64,000 nt of DNA from Eledone cirrhosa (lineage: Eukaryota), in NCBI GenBank assembly GCA_964016885.1, contig OZ024764.1, forward strand, positions 5,022,001 through 5,086,000, in the 5' to 3' direction. Below the pieces are notes generated by a model. That model searched no databases. It was not told the DNA's origin and saw only the letters and a list, made by a program, of their open reading frames with translations. Position numbers and translations under genes: made by a program. Positions 11,845-25,534 of this stretch are shown in pieces; position 1 is the stretch's first letter, and each line of letters begins with the position of its first letter.

Positions 11845-13430
11845 ATAGGGTAGGTTACTGTAGCGTAGGTTACCATAGGGTAGGTTACTGTAGGGTAGGT
11901 TACGATAGGGCAGGATACTGTAGGGTAAGTTACTGGAGGGTAGGTTACCATAGGGTAGGTTACCGTAGGGTAGGTTACCATTGGGTAGGTTATTATAGGG
12001 TAGGTTACCACAGGGTAGGTGACCATAGAATAGGTTACTGTAGGGTATGTTACCATAGGGTATGTTACCTTAAGGTAGGTTACCATAGGGTAAGTTACCA
12101 TAGGGTAGGTTACCTTAGGGTAGGTGACCATAGTGTAGGCTACCATAGGTTAGGTTCTGTATGGTAGGTTAGGTTACTATAGGGTAGGTTACGATAGGGT
12201 TAGTTACCATAGGGTAGGTTACCATAGCGTAGGTTACTATTGGGTAGGTTACCATAGGGTAGGTTACTGTAGGTTAGGTTACGTAGGGTAGGTTACCATA
12301 GGGTAGGTTGCCATAGAGTAGGTTATTATAGGGTAGGTTACCATAAGGTAGATTACCTCAGGGTATGTTACCATAGGGTAGGTTACTGTAGGGTAGGTTA
12401 CCATAGTGTAGGATACCTTAAATTAGGTTACCACAGGAAAAGTTACCATATGGTAGGTTACTGTAGGTTAGGTTACCATAGGGTAGGTTATCATAGGTTA
12501 GGTTACCAAAGGGTAGGTTACTATAGGTTGTTACCATTGGGTAGGTTACTGTAGGGTAACATAGGTTACCATAGTGTAGGTTAATATAACATAGGTCACC
12601 ATAGTGTAGGTTACCTTAGATTAGGTTACCACAGGATAGGTTACCATATGGTAGGTTACTGTAGGTTAGGTCACCATAGGGTAGGTTACTATAGGGTAGG
12701 CTACTATAGGTTGTTACCATAGGGTAGGTTACTATAGGTTGTTACCATAGGGTAGGTTACTATAGGTTGTTACCATAGAGTAGGTTACAATATGGTTGGT
12801 TACCATAGTGTAGGTTACTATAACATTGGTTACCATAGTGTAGGTTACCTTAATTTAGGTTACCATAGGTTAGGTTACCGTATCATAGGTTACTGTAGGT
12901 TAGGTTACAATAGGGTAGGTTACTATAGGGTAGGCTACCAATGATAGGTTATGATGGGTTAGGTTCCATAGGGTAGGTTACCACAGTATATGTTACCATA
13001 TGGTAGGTTAGGTTACCATAGGGTAGGTCACCATAGTGTAGGTTACTTTAGATTAGGTTACCATAGGGGAGGTTACCACAGGATAAGTTACCATATGGTA
13101 GGTTACTATAACATAGGTTACCAAAGTGTAGGTTTCTATAGGTTGTTACCATAGGGTAGGTTACTGTAGGGTAGGTTACTGTAAGGTAGGTTACCATAGG
13201 GTAGGATACTGTAGGGTAGGTTATTATAGTATAGGTTACCGTAGGGTAGGTTTCCATGAAGTAGGTGACCATAGGGTAGGTTACTATAAGTTAGGTTACC
13301 ATAGGGTAGGTTTCCATGAAGTAGGTTACCACAGGGTAGGTTAACATAAATTAGGTTACCTTAGGGTAGGTTACCATAAGTTAGGTTACCATACGGTAGG
13401 TTACCATAGGTTTGTTAAGGTTAGGCTAGG
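11845..13430 (+). repeat. 15-bp minisatellite array
   Basis: Tandem array whose variant pattern matches 31698-33265. Confidence 0.95.
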
Positions 13431-13959
13431 CTGGTCTACACGGTGAGTTAAAACTCACTTGTGACTGTAGTGTTTTAGAAGAAGTGTCTTAATCTTTCGT
13501 GCACCACTAAATTTTTTAACTATTTCCCCTGAAACTGCCTTATTTTGGGGAGGTTATCTTATCAATCGAATAGCGTCCTAAATCTAAATTACACCTCAGA
13601 ATTTTAGGGGCCACGCTATGTACCGGATAGACTTGTACACCGGCATATATATATATGCAAAGAGAGCGAGAGAAACAGCGGGAGTGAGAGAGATACATTA
13701 AAACAATAACAGAGGTCTGACTGGAGAATTTACTTTAGAATTTTAAGAGAAAAGAGGAAGGTTTCAGACTTCTGGAATTCCTTCACGAAAATGTCCTATT
13801 TATCTGTAACACAAACTTCAAAAAATGAGACAACCACTTAATAACATATAGATCATGTGAGCCCACCAGCTAGATAGATTTCCTTGTTACCATAAGACAG
13901 AGTGACTGTTATAAACACAAAGTCCCTCCCTAGTGAAGAATGCACCTCCCAACATACCT

Positions 13960-14880
13960 TAGGAGACAAACTGGAAGAAAAGATTATAGATCAAAATCAA
14001 AAGGTCTTAAAGTCAATTTGGTAAAGACTAAAGTTCTAGTAAGTAGAAAGGAAAACAGGGCCCAGATCTCTTCAGGTAAACTGTCCTGCTCAGTGTGCAG
14101 AAAAGGAGTAGGTAGAAATTCCATCCTATGTCCCATATAGAAATGATGGGTACACAAAAGATGTCGTGGGATCTCAGGGAGGCTAACAAAGAACGTAGCT
14201 TCTACATGTGGCCAATGAACAGGAGATGGAAATATTAAGAGCTCTCGGGTTACAATCTCCTTCAAATACCCGAAAGTCTCTGTAGAGGTGGTAGATAGTT
14301 TCTGTTACCTAGGTGACTAAATCAGCAGTGGAGTAGGGTGGTCCCAAAACTCAGTAACAAGAGTGAGATTAGATTGGAGAAAGTGCAGGGATCTACTACT
14401 ACTGCTAACAACAAAAAGTTTTTCCCTCAAAATGAAGGGCAGACTGTATGATGCAGGTATACAAACAACAATGTTGCACAGCAGCGAGACCTGGGCACTG
14501 TGTGTAGAAGATCTGTAAAGATTGGAAAGAAATGAAGCCTCCATGCTTCAATGGATGTGCCATAGTAATATATGCAAATGGCAAAACATAAATGTACTGC
14601 GAGAGAAATTAGGCATAAGAGGGGTTACATGCAGTGTGCAGGAGAGGGATTGTTTTGGTATAGACATGTGATGTGTATGAAGGGTGACAGCTGTATAAAA
14701 AGGTGCCGAACAAACAAAGTTGACAGAAACCGTGGAGTGGGCAGGTCTAGGAAGACATGGGATGAGGTAAGGAAAGCTGACTTTGCACAATTACACCTCG
14801 CTAAGGCAATGACACAGGAGGGTGACCTCTGGCGCTATGCACAATTATAGAGGACCTGCCCTCATAAATCCACGAGCTGA
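13960..14880 (+). mobile_element. Decayed RTE LINE 3' half
   Basis: KGLKVNLVKTKVLVS...WYRHVMCMKGDSCIKRC...GRSRKTWDEV, with stops and frameshifts. Confidence 0.85.
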
Positions 14881-15145
14881 GGCATATATCTAGTATGTAA
14901 CACCTTCCCCACCATCATCCCTCCCAAACACCTTCACCCCTATAACTACATCCACAATCCACCAGACATTTTCCCTACCAACACCCCACACAAGTTCCCA
15001 AACCTCACCATAAAGTGGTCCTGCTGCAGCCATGACAAATGTGCCCAGTCCACACTGTACAGTGGTCTTGTAGGTGTCCTGCCAAAAATCAATATTGGGC
15101 CTTAAAACCTTGAGTCCCTTTTGTTCTGTGTATGAACATAAATAA

Positions 15146-15330
15146 TTGTTTCTACTTTTGGCACAAGGCCAGCAATTATCCAGTGCATTACTGGTACTTT
15201 ATTTTATCGACCCCGTAAGGATGAAAGGCAAAGTTAACCTTGGCGGGATTTGAACTCAGATCATACAGGGAGGTAACTATGCTTCAAAGCATGGTGTCCG
15301 ACTCTCTACCGATACTGCCAATCCACCGCC
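15146..15330 (-). mobile_element. tRNA-derived SINE (Meta-domain-like), antisense, just upstream of a class B exon
   Basis: The minus strand reads ggcggtggattggcagtatcggtag...gagttcaaatcccgcc (A/B boxes), then gcctttcatccttacggggtcgataaaataaagtaccag. It is inserted in an aataaataat tract. Confidence 0.75.
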
Positions 15331-15418
15331 TGAACATAAATAAATAATGTAATATATATATATATGTATGTGTGTGTGTATCTATTTATATATTTAACTA
15401 TATTTTTTGTAATCACAG

Positions 15419-15460
15419 GACTGTTCCACTGCAGAGTTCCGCTAGAGGAAACAGTGACGA
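15419..15460 (+). CDS. Putative symmetric micro-exon 2 (class B, 42 nt, phase 2-2; TVPLQSSARGNSD)
   Basis: tttaac-tatattttttgtaatcacAG | gactgttcc...agtgacga | GTAAGT. It has 11 substitutions versus exon 5, 10 of them at codon positions 1/2 in phase 2. Confidence 0.75.
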
Positions 15461-15666
15461 GTAAGTTTTAGTTTTACACACTATCTAACCATTATTCTAT
15501 CTGTTCCTTCCCGTCTCTCTCTCTCTTTATATATATATATTTATATATACTAAGGTGTATTATTGGTTGTGTAAAACGGTCCAATAAATTTTTGTTAGCA
15601 ATATTAAGTTCTCCACACTTTTGTATATCTCCAATTCCATTCAAGGGAACAGCTAGATGATGTAAA

Positions 15667-15753
15667 AAAATCCGAAGGCAAGGTAAAATTTCCAATCATT
15701 TTAATCATGTCGTGATTAAAATGATTGGAAATCTTACCTTCCCTTCGGATTTT
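15667..15753. repeat. Near-perfect palindrome ~200 nt downstream of class B exons
   Basis: aaaatccgaaggcaaggtaaaatttccaatcattttaatca-tgtcg-tgattaaaatgattggaaatcttaccttcccttcggatttt. Longer (~105 bp) copies lie at about 29124-29229, 37297, 49457 and 62885. Confidence 0.9.
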
Positions 15754-15761
15754 CATTTTGA

Positions 15762-15796
<35 letters not shown>

Positions 15797-15814
15797 GACT
15801 CTGTCTCTTATAAA

Positions 15815-16070
15815 CCACGTTGGCTATTATGACACTCTCTCCAACATAGAGAGCTATGTTGGCGATTATGACTCTCTCTCTCCCTCTCTATGTTGGCTAT
15901 TATGACGCTCTCTCTCTCTCTATGTTGGCTATTATGACTCTCTCTCTCTCTCTATGTTGGCTATTATGACTCTCTCTCTCTCTATGTTGGCTATAATGAC
16001 TCTCTCTCTCTCTCTATGTTGGCTATAATGACTCTCTCTCTATTTATGTTGGCTATTATGTCTCTCTCTG
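15815..16070 (+). repeat. ~30-bp minisatellite TATGTTGGCTATTATGA(CT)n
   Basis: Tandem units with a variable (CT)n tract. Paralogues with different unit counts lie at about 29290-29705, 37445-37790, 49648-50005 and 63040-63398. Confidence 0.95.
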
Positions 16071-16389
16071 TTCAAGCTTTATGAAGTTAGATGAACATCT
16101 TCAAAGTCCTCCCATATTCGCCTTGTCTAATATGCGTTCTTGTACCTGATTATTTCCCCCAAATCTCCTGGGAAGTTATAAACCATGATGGCTACCTATC
16201 TCACAATTTCTCTCCTGCCCACCCCCTCATACCACCATAGTCTATTCGACCAATCAAACCTCAGAAACATGTCCCCACCCATTACCAACCCCAACAAACT
16301 CTGCCATTACTACTACTTCTACTTTTCTTCTAACCCTTACCAGCCCCAACAAACCCTGACATTATTACTACTATTGTCCTTCTAGCCAT

Positions 16390-17640
16390 GGGCTGAGGAT
16401 AAATGGGGCTACCCCAAATTAATAAATGAATATGAATCCGCGAGTTACCAAGCACCCATGCAAAGCTTTAATTCAGAGACAGGAAGCATACACACCCCAC
16501 TGCAAAAATTCACCCTTTCCCACGAGTGGTGGCAAATGCCCAAAACTCCGAGTTGGAACCATCAATGTAAGCACGATGAAAGGAAGAGCAGGAGAAATTG
16601 TAGAGATGCTAGAGCGAAAGAAAATTGATGTATGCTGTGTGCAAGAGACTAGATGGAGAGCAGAGTCCGCTGGAGTCCTTGCAGGCAGAAGTCAGTGCTA
16701 CCAATTTGTCTGGGTAGCAAATGACAACAGGATGGGAGGTGTAGCTATCCTATTAGCTGACAAATGGGTAGATAAGGTAATCTCAGTGAACAGGGTGAAT
16801 GCAAGAATAATGAAACTTGGACTAGTCCTGAATAAAACAATTGCCACAATAATATCAGCTTACGCACCCCAATTGGGGTTGCCAGCTGACTATAGCGGGG
16901 AATTTAGTTTAGAGGTCGGTGTCCACCAGGGCTCTGTTCTTAGCCCACTCCTGTTCGTTAAAGTATTGCAAGCAATAATGGAGGTGATTATGACCGGATG
17001 CCCATGGGAACTCCTATATGCGGATCATCTCACACTTATAGCCGAATCTATGGTGGAACTATACTTGCTCAGTATGTAGGAAAGGAGTAGGCTGGCTGCA
17101 AAAGGTTTTCCCCTCAAAATAAAAAGCAGACTGTATGATGTGGGTATACAAATAGCAATGTTACATAGTAGTGAAACCTGGGCGCCGTCTGTGGAAGACT
17201 TGCATAGATTAGAAAGAAACGAAGCCTGCATGCTCCGATGGATGTGTAATAGTAATATACGCGAACGGCAAAGCATAAATGAATTGAGAGAGTGACTGAG
17301 CATAAGAGGAATGAAATGCTGTGTGCAGGAGAGGATGTTGCATTGGACATGTGATGCGTATGAAGGATGACAGCTGTATAAAAAGGTGTAGAGCAGTAGA
17401 AGTCGATGGAAGCCGTGGAGTGGGGAGACCCAAGAAGAGCTGGGATGAGGTGATAAAAGCCGGACTCACTGTAAATGAGGTTGGTGTTAGGAAGGGCATC
17501 CAGCTGTAGGAATCAAGCCAGAATCAGTTCCTGTATGAGCAAGACAAGGTCAGCTGAACAGACACTGCCCACAACAGGACAACCCGTCTAACCCATGCTT
17601 GCGTGGAAGAATGGACGTAAAACAGTGATGAAGATGATAT
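16390..17640 (+). mobile_element. Internally deleted RTE LINE (EN + RT fragment + 3' end)
   Basis: ORF 16426-17079 carries APE motifs and GVHQGSVLSPLLF/YADH, with the same deletion junctions as 10200-11590. Confidence 0.9.
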
Positions 17641-17892
17641 ATCATATATGCCAGTGCACTATTTGACATTTGGAGCCTAAAAATATCTCTCCAAAACCAG
17701 GGGTCGACTTGTCTGCTGAATATAGTATGTTACCTTTACCACTGAGGGGTAAACAGTGAAACTGCCTGCCTAACACTTGTTGTACACCACTTACCATAAC
17801 TCTAGCAACCCACCACATTTATTTCTACTGAATCTCATATTTGTTAAGTTTAACGTAGAGATTATAGTAATATCAATGTCTTGCTGTAGCTT

Positions 17893-19195
17893 ATAGGGTA
17901 GGTTACCATAGGGCAGGTTACTGTAGGGTAGGATACTGTCTGGTAGGTTACCATAGGGTAGGTTACTGTAGGGTAGGTTACTGTAGTGTAGGTTACTGTA
18001 GGGTAGGTTACTATAGGGTAGGTTACTGTAGGGTAGATTACTCTAGGCTAGGTTACCATAGGGTAGGTTACTGTAGTGTAGGTTACCATAGGGTAGGTTT
18101 CCACAGAGTAGGTGACCATAGGGTATGTTATTATAGGGTAGGTAACTGTAGGTTAGGTTACTGTAGGGTAGGTTACCTTATGGTAAGTTACTATAGGGTA
18201 GGTTACCATAGTGTAGGTTACCTTATGGTAAGTTACTATACGGTAGGTTACCATAGGGTAGGTTACCTTATGGTAGGTTACTTTATGGTAAGTTACTATA
18301 GGGTAGGTTACCATAGGGTAGGTTACCTTATGGTAAGTTACTATAGGGTAGGTTACCATAGTGTAGGTTACCTTATGGTAAGTTACTATAGGGTAGGTTA
18401 CCATAGGGTAGGTTACCTTAGTGTAGGTAAGAATAGGGTAGGTTACCATAGGTTAGGTTACTGTAGGGTAGGTTACCATAAGGTAGGTTACTGTAGGGTA
18501 GGTTACCATAGGGTAGGTTACTGTAGGGTAGGTTACTGTAGGTAGGTTACCGTAGGTTAGGTTACTGTAGGGTAGGTTAACATAGGGTATGTTAGCATAG
18601 GGTTGGTTACCATAGGTTAAGTTCATATAGGTTGTTACCATATGGTAGGTTACTGTAGAGTAGGTTGCTATAGGGTAGGTTATCGTAGAGTAGGTTACCA
18701 TAAGGTAGGTTACCGTAGGGTAGGTTACCTTAGGGTAGTTTACTATAAGATAGGTTACCATAGTGTAGCTTACCATAGGGTAGGTTGTTACCATAGGCAA
18801 GGTTACTATAGGGTGGGTTACCATAGGGTAGTTTATGATATGGTTGGTTACCATAGTGTAGGTTACTATAACATAGGTTACCATAGTGTAGGATACCTTA
18901 GATTAGGTTACTGTAGGTTAGGTTACCATAGGTTAGGTTAGCAATGGGTAGGTTACTATAGGTTGCTACCATAAGGTAGGTTACTGTATGGTGGGTTACC
19001 ATAGGGTAGGGTACCATAAAGTAGGTTATTATAGTGTAGGTTACCTTAGGATAGGTAACCATAGGGTAGGTTACTATGGGGTAAGTTACCTTAGGGTAGG
19101 TTCCCATAGGGTAGGTTAACATAAGCTAGGTTACCTCAGGGTAGGTTACCATACCATAAAGTAGGTTACCATAGGTTTGTTAAGGTTAGGCTAGG
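17893..19195 (+). repeat. 15-bp minisatellite array
   Basis: Variant order matches 655-2115. Confidence 0.95.
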
Positions 19196-21329
19196 CTGGT
19201 TTACTCGGTGAGTTAAAACTCACTTGTGACTGTAGTGTTTTAGAAGTGTCTCAATCTTTCATGCATCACTAAATTTTTTAACTATTTCCCCTGAAACTGC
19301 CTTATTTTTGGGGGTCATCTTATCAATCGAATAGCGTCCTAAATCTAAATTATACTTCAGAATTTTAGGGGCCGACTTATGTACCGGATAGACTTGTACA
19401 CCGGCATATATGGTATATATATATATATGCATGGAGGCACATGGCTTAGTGGTTAGAGCATTGGTCATGCAATCGAAAGGTTGTGAGTTCAATTCTCAGA
19501 CCGGGTGATGTGTTGGTTCCTTGAGCAAGACACTTTATTTCACATTGCTCCAGTTTACTCAGCTGTAGAAATGAGATGATAGGGACTGGGGTCCCTATCA
19601 TTCCACTGCAAAGTGGTCGTGGAGGTGCCACGGCAAAAAAAGCACCCAGCACTCACTGTAAATGAGGTTGGTGACAGGAAGGGAATACAGCTGTAGAAAT
19701 CAAGCCAGAATCAGTTCCCGTCCCGCCCTTGCAAGCAGGGAAAAGTGGACGTAAAATGAAATGATGAAAGAGAGATAGAGAGAAAGAGAGGGAGTGAGAG
19801 AGATACATTAAAACAATAACAGAAGGTCTGACTGGAGAATTTACTTTAGAATTCCTTCACGGAAATGTCTTATTTATCTGTAACACAAACTTCAAAAAAC
19901 AAGACAACCACTTAATAATCGATAGATCAAGTGAGCCCTCCAGCTAGATAGATTTCCTTGTTACCAGAAGATAGAGTGACTGTTATAAACACAAAGTCCT
20001 TCCCTAGTGAAGAATGCACCTCCCAACATACCTTAGAATACAACCTGGAAGAAAAGAGTATAGATCAAAATCAAAAGGTCTTAAAGTCAATTTGGTAAAG
20101 ACTAAAGTTCTAGTAAGTAGAAAGGAAAACTGGGCCCAGATCTCTTCAGGTAAACTGTCCTGCTCAGTGGGCAGAAAAGGAGTAGGTAGAAATTCCATCC
20201 TATGTCCCATATAGAAATGATGGGTAGACAAAAGATGTTGTGGGATCTCAGGAAGGCTAACAAAGAACGTAGCTTCTACATGTGGCCAGTGAACAGGGGC
20301 AGGAAATATCAAGAGCTCTCGAGTTACAATCTCCTTCAAATGCCCAGAAGTCTCTGCAGAGGTGGTAGATAGTTTCTGTTACCTAGGTGACTAAATCAGC
20401 AGTGGAGGAGGGTGGTCCAAAAACTCAGTAACAAGAGTGAGATTAGATTGGAGAAAGTGCAGGGATCTACTACTACTGCTAACTACAAAACATTTTTCCA
20501 TCAAAATGAAGGGCAGACTGTATGATGCAGGTATACAAACAACAATGTTGCACAGCAGCGAGACCTGGGCACTGTGTGTAGAAGATCTGTAAAGATTGGA
20601 AAGAAATGAAGCCTCCATGCTTCAATGGATGTGCCATAGTAATATATGCAAATGGCAAAACATAGGTTACCATTGGGTAGGTTACTGTAGGGTAGGGTAC
20701 CATAGGGTGGGTTACCATAGCGTAGGTTACTGAATGGTAGGTTACATTTTGTTAGGTTACTGTAGGGTAGGTTACCATAGGGTAGGTTACCATAGGGTGG
20801 GTTACCATAGGGTAGGTTACTGTAGGGTAGGTTACCATAGGGTAGTTATGTAGGGTAGGTTACTGTAGGGTAGGTTACCATAGAGTAGGATACTGTAGGG
20901 TAGATTACCATAGGGTAGTTATGTAGGGTAGGTTACCATAGTGTAGGTTACTGTAGGGTAGGTTACCATAGAGTAGGATACTGTAGGGTAGGTTACCATA
21001 GGTTAGGTCACTGTAGGGTAGGTTACCATAGGGTAGGTTATTATAGGGTAGGTTACCATAGGTTAGGTTACTTTAGGGTTGGTTGCCATAGGGTATGTTA
21101 CCATAGGGTAGGTTACTATAAGGTAGGTTACCATACCATAGGTTAGGTTACCATATGTTTGTTAAGGTTAGGCTAGGCTGGTTTACTCGGTGAGTTAAAA
21201 CTCACTTGCGACTGTAGTGTTTTAGAAGAAGTGTCTTAATCTTTAGTGCGCCACTAAATTTTTTAACTATTTCCCCTGAAACTGCCTTATTTTTTGGGTG
21301 TCGTCTTATGAATCGAATAGTGTCGTATA

Positions 21330-22260
21330 GGACTATCTGGCATGTTTTCTATGGCTGGATGCCCTTCCTAACACCAACCACGTTTACAGTGTGGGGACTG
21401 GGAGGTTTTTACCATGTTAACTACACGGCCAATTTACAGCGTGGACTGTGTGTTTTATTGTCATAACACCTACACAACCTCATTTATTTAGGACTGGATG
21501 TTGTGTGACCAACATAATTTTACAGAGATGGGGGTGGGAGTAGTGGGGTGGGGGCGTATATTTGGTTAAGAGGTGCCTACTGACTGTAGGTTTCGCTTTG
21601 TACTTAGGCAAGGGTGGTCTTCTGTATTACTGCGTAGCGCCAAAGATCTCGGTTCAGTGACATTGTCTTGGAGAGGTGTAAGTGTGTGAGATCGGAATTT
21701 ATCAATTCGTCCCAGGGTTTTCTGGGTCTGCCCACTCCGTGGCTACCATTTATTTTGATCGCCCTGCACTTTTTTATACAGCTGTCGTCTTTCTTGCGCA
21801 TCACGTGACCATACCAACGTAGTCTTCTCTCGAGTAAACAACATCTGATCCCTCTTATTCCTAATTTCTCACTTAGTTCATTTATGCTTTGCCGTTCACG
21901 TATATTACTATTACACATCCAGCGGAGCATGCAAACTTCATTCCTCTCCAGTCTGCGTATATCCTCTGCACACAATGCCCAAGTCTCACTGCCATGTAAC
22001 ATTGTTGTTCGTATGCAGGCATCATACAGCCTGCCTTTCATTTTTAGAGAGAACCCTTTAGCGGCCAATCGTACAATGAAAAGAGCGTCTGTGATACTTT
22101 TACCTGACACAAACCCAAACTGCATTTCATCTAGATCAATTCTCTCTCTGATTAGTTGCGCTATTACTTTTTCTGTGACCCTCATGAACTGGTCAATTAA
22201 TTTAATGCCTCTATAGTTTCCCCTATCTAGGGCATCTCCTTTACCCTTGTAGCAGTTAAT
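21330..22260 (-). mobile_element. Internally deleted RTE LINE, antisense (duplicate of 4160-5095)
   Basis: ORF 21604-22317 is nearly identical to 4437-5150. Confidence 0.9.
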
Positions 22261-22676
22261 GATGATGATATATATATAAAAGAAATAGGATTTCGCTTCA
22301 AGCATATCTTTATACAATATGTATAAATATTTTGTATCTCCAAAGAAATACGGTTTTAGGAAGCCTTAGCTCTGCAAACCCTGGGGGGCTAACGTCCTCT
22401 GGTGATGTCCAGCAGAAGCAAAGGGGACAACCGTCTATGCATTTCAGGCTTAACTGACCATCGTCTGGACAGTCCCTCCCACTGCTTGCGACTGCTGGCC
22501 AGTTAAGCGTGAAATGCATAGACGGTTGTCCCCCTTGCTTCTGCTGGACATCACCAGAGGCCTTGAAACCCTAAGTCCCTTTTGCTCTGTGTATGAACAG
22601 AAATAAATAATGTAATATATATATATGTATGTGTGTGTATCTATTTATATATTTAACTATTTTTTTCTCATTACAG

Positions 22677-22709
22677 CACCACAACTTTTACTCCTCTCAA
22701 GAATATTAT
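22677..22709 (+). CDS. Putative symmetric micro-exon 3 (class A, 33 nt, phase 2-2; TTTFTPLKNI)
   Basis: ttttttctcattacAG | caccacaacttttactcctctcaagaatattat | GTAAGT. Length is 3n and the flanks are conserved class A. Confidence 0.75.
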
Positions 22710-23762
22710 GTAAGTGTTACCTTAACAAACTGTCTAACCATTGTTTAATCTGCTCCTCCCTCTACCTCTCCCTTTATACACACACACACATATATACCCC
22801 TATATATATATATGTATACACACACACACACAAATATATACACATATATACATATATATATACACACATATATATACATATATACAAGCGAGACACGGCC
22901 TGCTGACCAATCTCGTCTTAAGTGGGACAAAACCGTCCAACCCATGCTAGCATGGAAGATGGACTTTAAATGATGATGATATATATACACTGACACATAT
23001 ATATACATATATATATACACATATATATACGCATATATTTATATATATATATGAGTTCAAGTCCGCCGAGGTTAACTTTGCCTTTCATCTTTACGAGGTC
23101 GATAAAATAAAGTACCAGTGGTGTACTGGGGTAATCGCTGGCCTTGTGCCAAAAGTAGAAACTATATTTATATATATATAACCAAAGATTAATATGGTTC
23201 GTTGATTACTCAACGAATACAGTTTTACAATAGATTAGAAGCACTCAACAGTGAAATTTTCCTGGAGTTTTTAATATTATTCAAAATATTAACAAATGAA
23301 AAATATTCTCATAATCAAAATATATACTTTATTATATATATTTCAAAGGTATATGACATACCTCTACGGTCTTGATTATTCAATTCCACTATTGGCAGTG
23401 ACTATATATTTATAGGCAAAATGAATAATGAAAGAGTTGCAAGCCGTTAAAACATATCTTTATAAAGCTCTTACATATGTTATATATATATATATCATCA
23501 TCATCATTATATGTCCGCTTTTCCCTGCTTGCAAGGGTAGGGCTCTCGCCACCACCGGCCATGTTTTTTGTGGTCTTCCTCTACTGCGTCTTCCTTCTAC
23601 TGGGATTTTTTAGCACCTCTTTACCCAGCGGTCATCCTCGATGCACATCACTTGTCTATACCATCTCAGTCTTCTCTCCTGCACATCACAACTTATCCCC
23701 AGTTTCTCTCTCAACTCATCTATGCTCTTGTCGTTCACGCACATTGACACACACACATACAC

Positions 23763-23793
<31 letters not shown>

Positions 23794-24125
23794 TATAAGG
23801 GATAACAAAATATCGTTATAGGTAATCCAGGTAGAGGTTGTGAATACTCTGTATTGTGATTAGTCTTAGTCTACGGCATTGTTTGACTCAACAAGAGGTT
23901 TCCGTAGGTGGCAAGTATTTGAGTTCTCTTGAATTCCTATGTAAGTTTATCTTGGAGTAATAATATTGAAAGCGTGAAGAATAACATGGTCAACAGTACA
24001 AAAAAAGGTTTTTATTTACAGTATTAACAATTGTTTCACTGATTAAGTTGTCTAAAAATTGCTGAACACTTGAAGCTGTGCCACTCAATTTTAAATATGT
24101 TGTTAGCTTAACCAGATCATCAGAA

Positions 24126-24157
<32 letters not shown>

Positions 24158-24511
24158 CTACAAATTATGTCCATAGAACCATTTGATAAGATATATACAC
24201 CATTTCCTCTCCCAATTAGCATAATCAACCACACAAAAAATCAATTAGACCAGGCTATAAGATTAAAAGGCACCTATGATAAAATAGTAGATAAATAAAC
24301 GACAGCATTTCAATAGCATGTGGAAATCAATTAAATATATCGTCAACCATACACAATTAGGTATAAAATTAAAGTTAGAAGAAAAAATGCATATACACAT
24401 ACCAGGATTACGTTTCTACGCTTTAGGGTTTCGTTCGCATTTGGAAATATACTATCAAGGATAAATTCGATATAAATTCTATAAATTTATCAAGGATAAA
24501 TTTATAGTATA

Positions 24512-25332
24512 CTAGCAGTAAAGCCCGGCGTTGCTCGGGGTCGCTCAGTAGCTGTGTTAAAGTTACAATGTTAAGTTTCTTTTTTGGCTTAAAAACTGTA
24601 GTGTCTACTGTGCAGACTTGCATGTGGTGTTTTTGATTAATATTCCCTCAACCAACAATATGCCTTATGAAGTAAAGAAAACATAACGATAACCCAAATG
24701 TTATAACAAAAGAGGATGCTGGGGATAAAAACTGCACTGGTTATTTATTAACAAAGATCGAAAATGTAAACACTGCAACGTAGAGAAAAACATTAGCGTA
24801 ACCAAATTATCAGTTATGTCTGTCTGCACGCCTATATCACCTCTCTGCACGACTGTCTGTCTGCACGCCTGAAATATTTGCTTGTTTTACGTAGTCTTTA
24901 AATAGACTTGTTTTCAAGTAAAAATATTGTTTTAAAATGCTTTTAAATGGAAATGAAACAAAACGGAAGCTTAGTGTTCGAACTGATGAATTTTGCAGGT
25001 CAATATTTTGCTGGCTCGACAACTGTTCGTGTATTGTATTGTGTTAATGTCATTTTAAACGCTGAGAAAGCCAGCGTAATTTTTTACGTAAGACGCTCAA
25101 TGTAAACAGAACAAAGGGAAATAACTGATAACTTACGCTCAAAAATCGATACATTATATTCGATTTCGTCACATAGGGTGGGTCAATTTGAAATTTTTTT
25201 TTTTCCCATGTCTTCGCTAGGGCTCAATGTACAAGTATAGCAATTTCGGTGCAATTCCGTGAGAGATTCTAAGAGGAGATGTGTGCCAAAAATCGATAGA
25301 CAGACAGACAACCACAGTTTTATATATATAGA
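24512..25332 (-). mobile_element. Non-autonomous Helitron
   Basis: The minus strand reads A|TCTATATATATAAAAC...(GTCT)n...CCCGAGCAACGCCGGG-ctttactg-CTAG|T, giving a 5' TC, a 3' GC-rich hairpin plus CTAG, and an A-T target without TSD. Confidence 0.8.
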
Positions 25333-25439
25333 TTGCTCTGATTATTTAATTTATTAATTCATCATTGAGCCACATCGTGAATGGTTGCCAAAAACATATA
25401 TATCTATGACTTTGTCTAGTTTGTGTATATGTAAATCTT

Positions 25440-25533
25440 TATATTGATTGTTCCTTATGTAGCACAGCCTTTCAGATTCCATCTTTGCGCACAAGTCTAC
25501 AGCAAGCTGGTTGAAGAGTACTCTTGCACGGTG
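25440..25533 (-). mobile_element. Fragment of Helitron Rep/helicase coding sequence
   Basis: Translation HRARVLFNQLAVDLCAKMESERLCYIRNNQ resembles the Helitron RepHel motif (LFQQ..VD.YAK.E..RL.YIR.NQ). Confidence 0.65.
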
Positions 25534-25534
25534 G

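Noticed and set aside
16426-17079. ~217-aa endonuclease-like ORF repeated five times
   Set aside because: It is a truncated RTE APE domain fused to an RT scrap, and other copies carry frameshifts (10218/10354, 30059, 50362).
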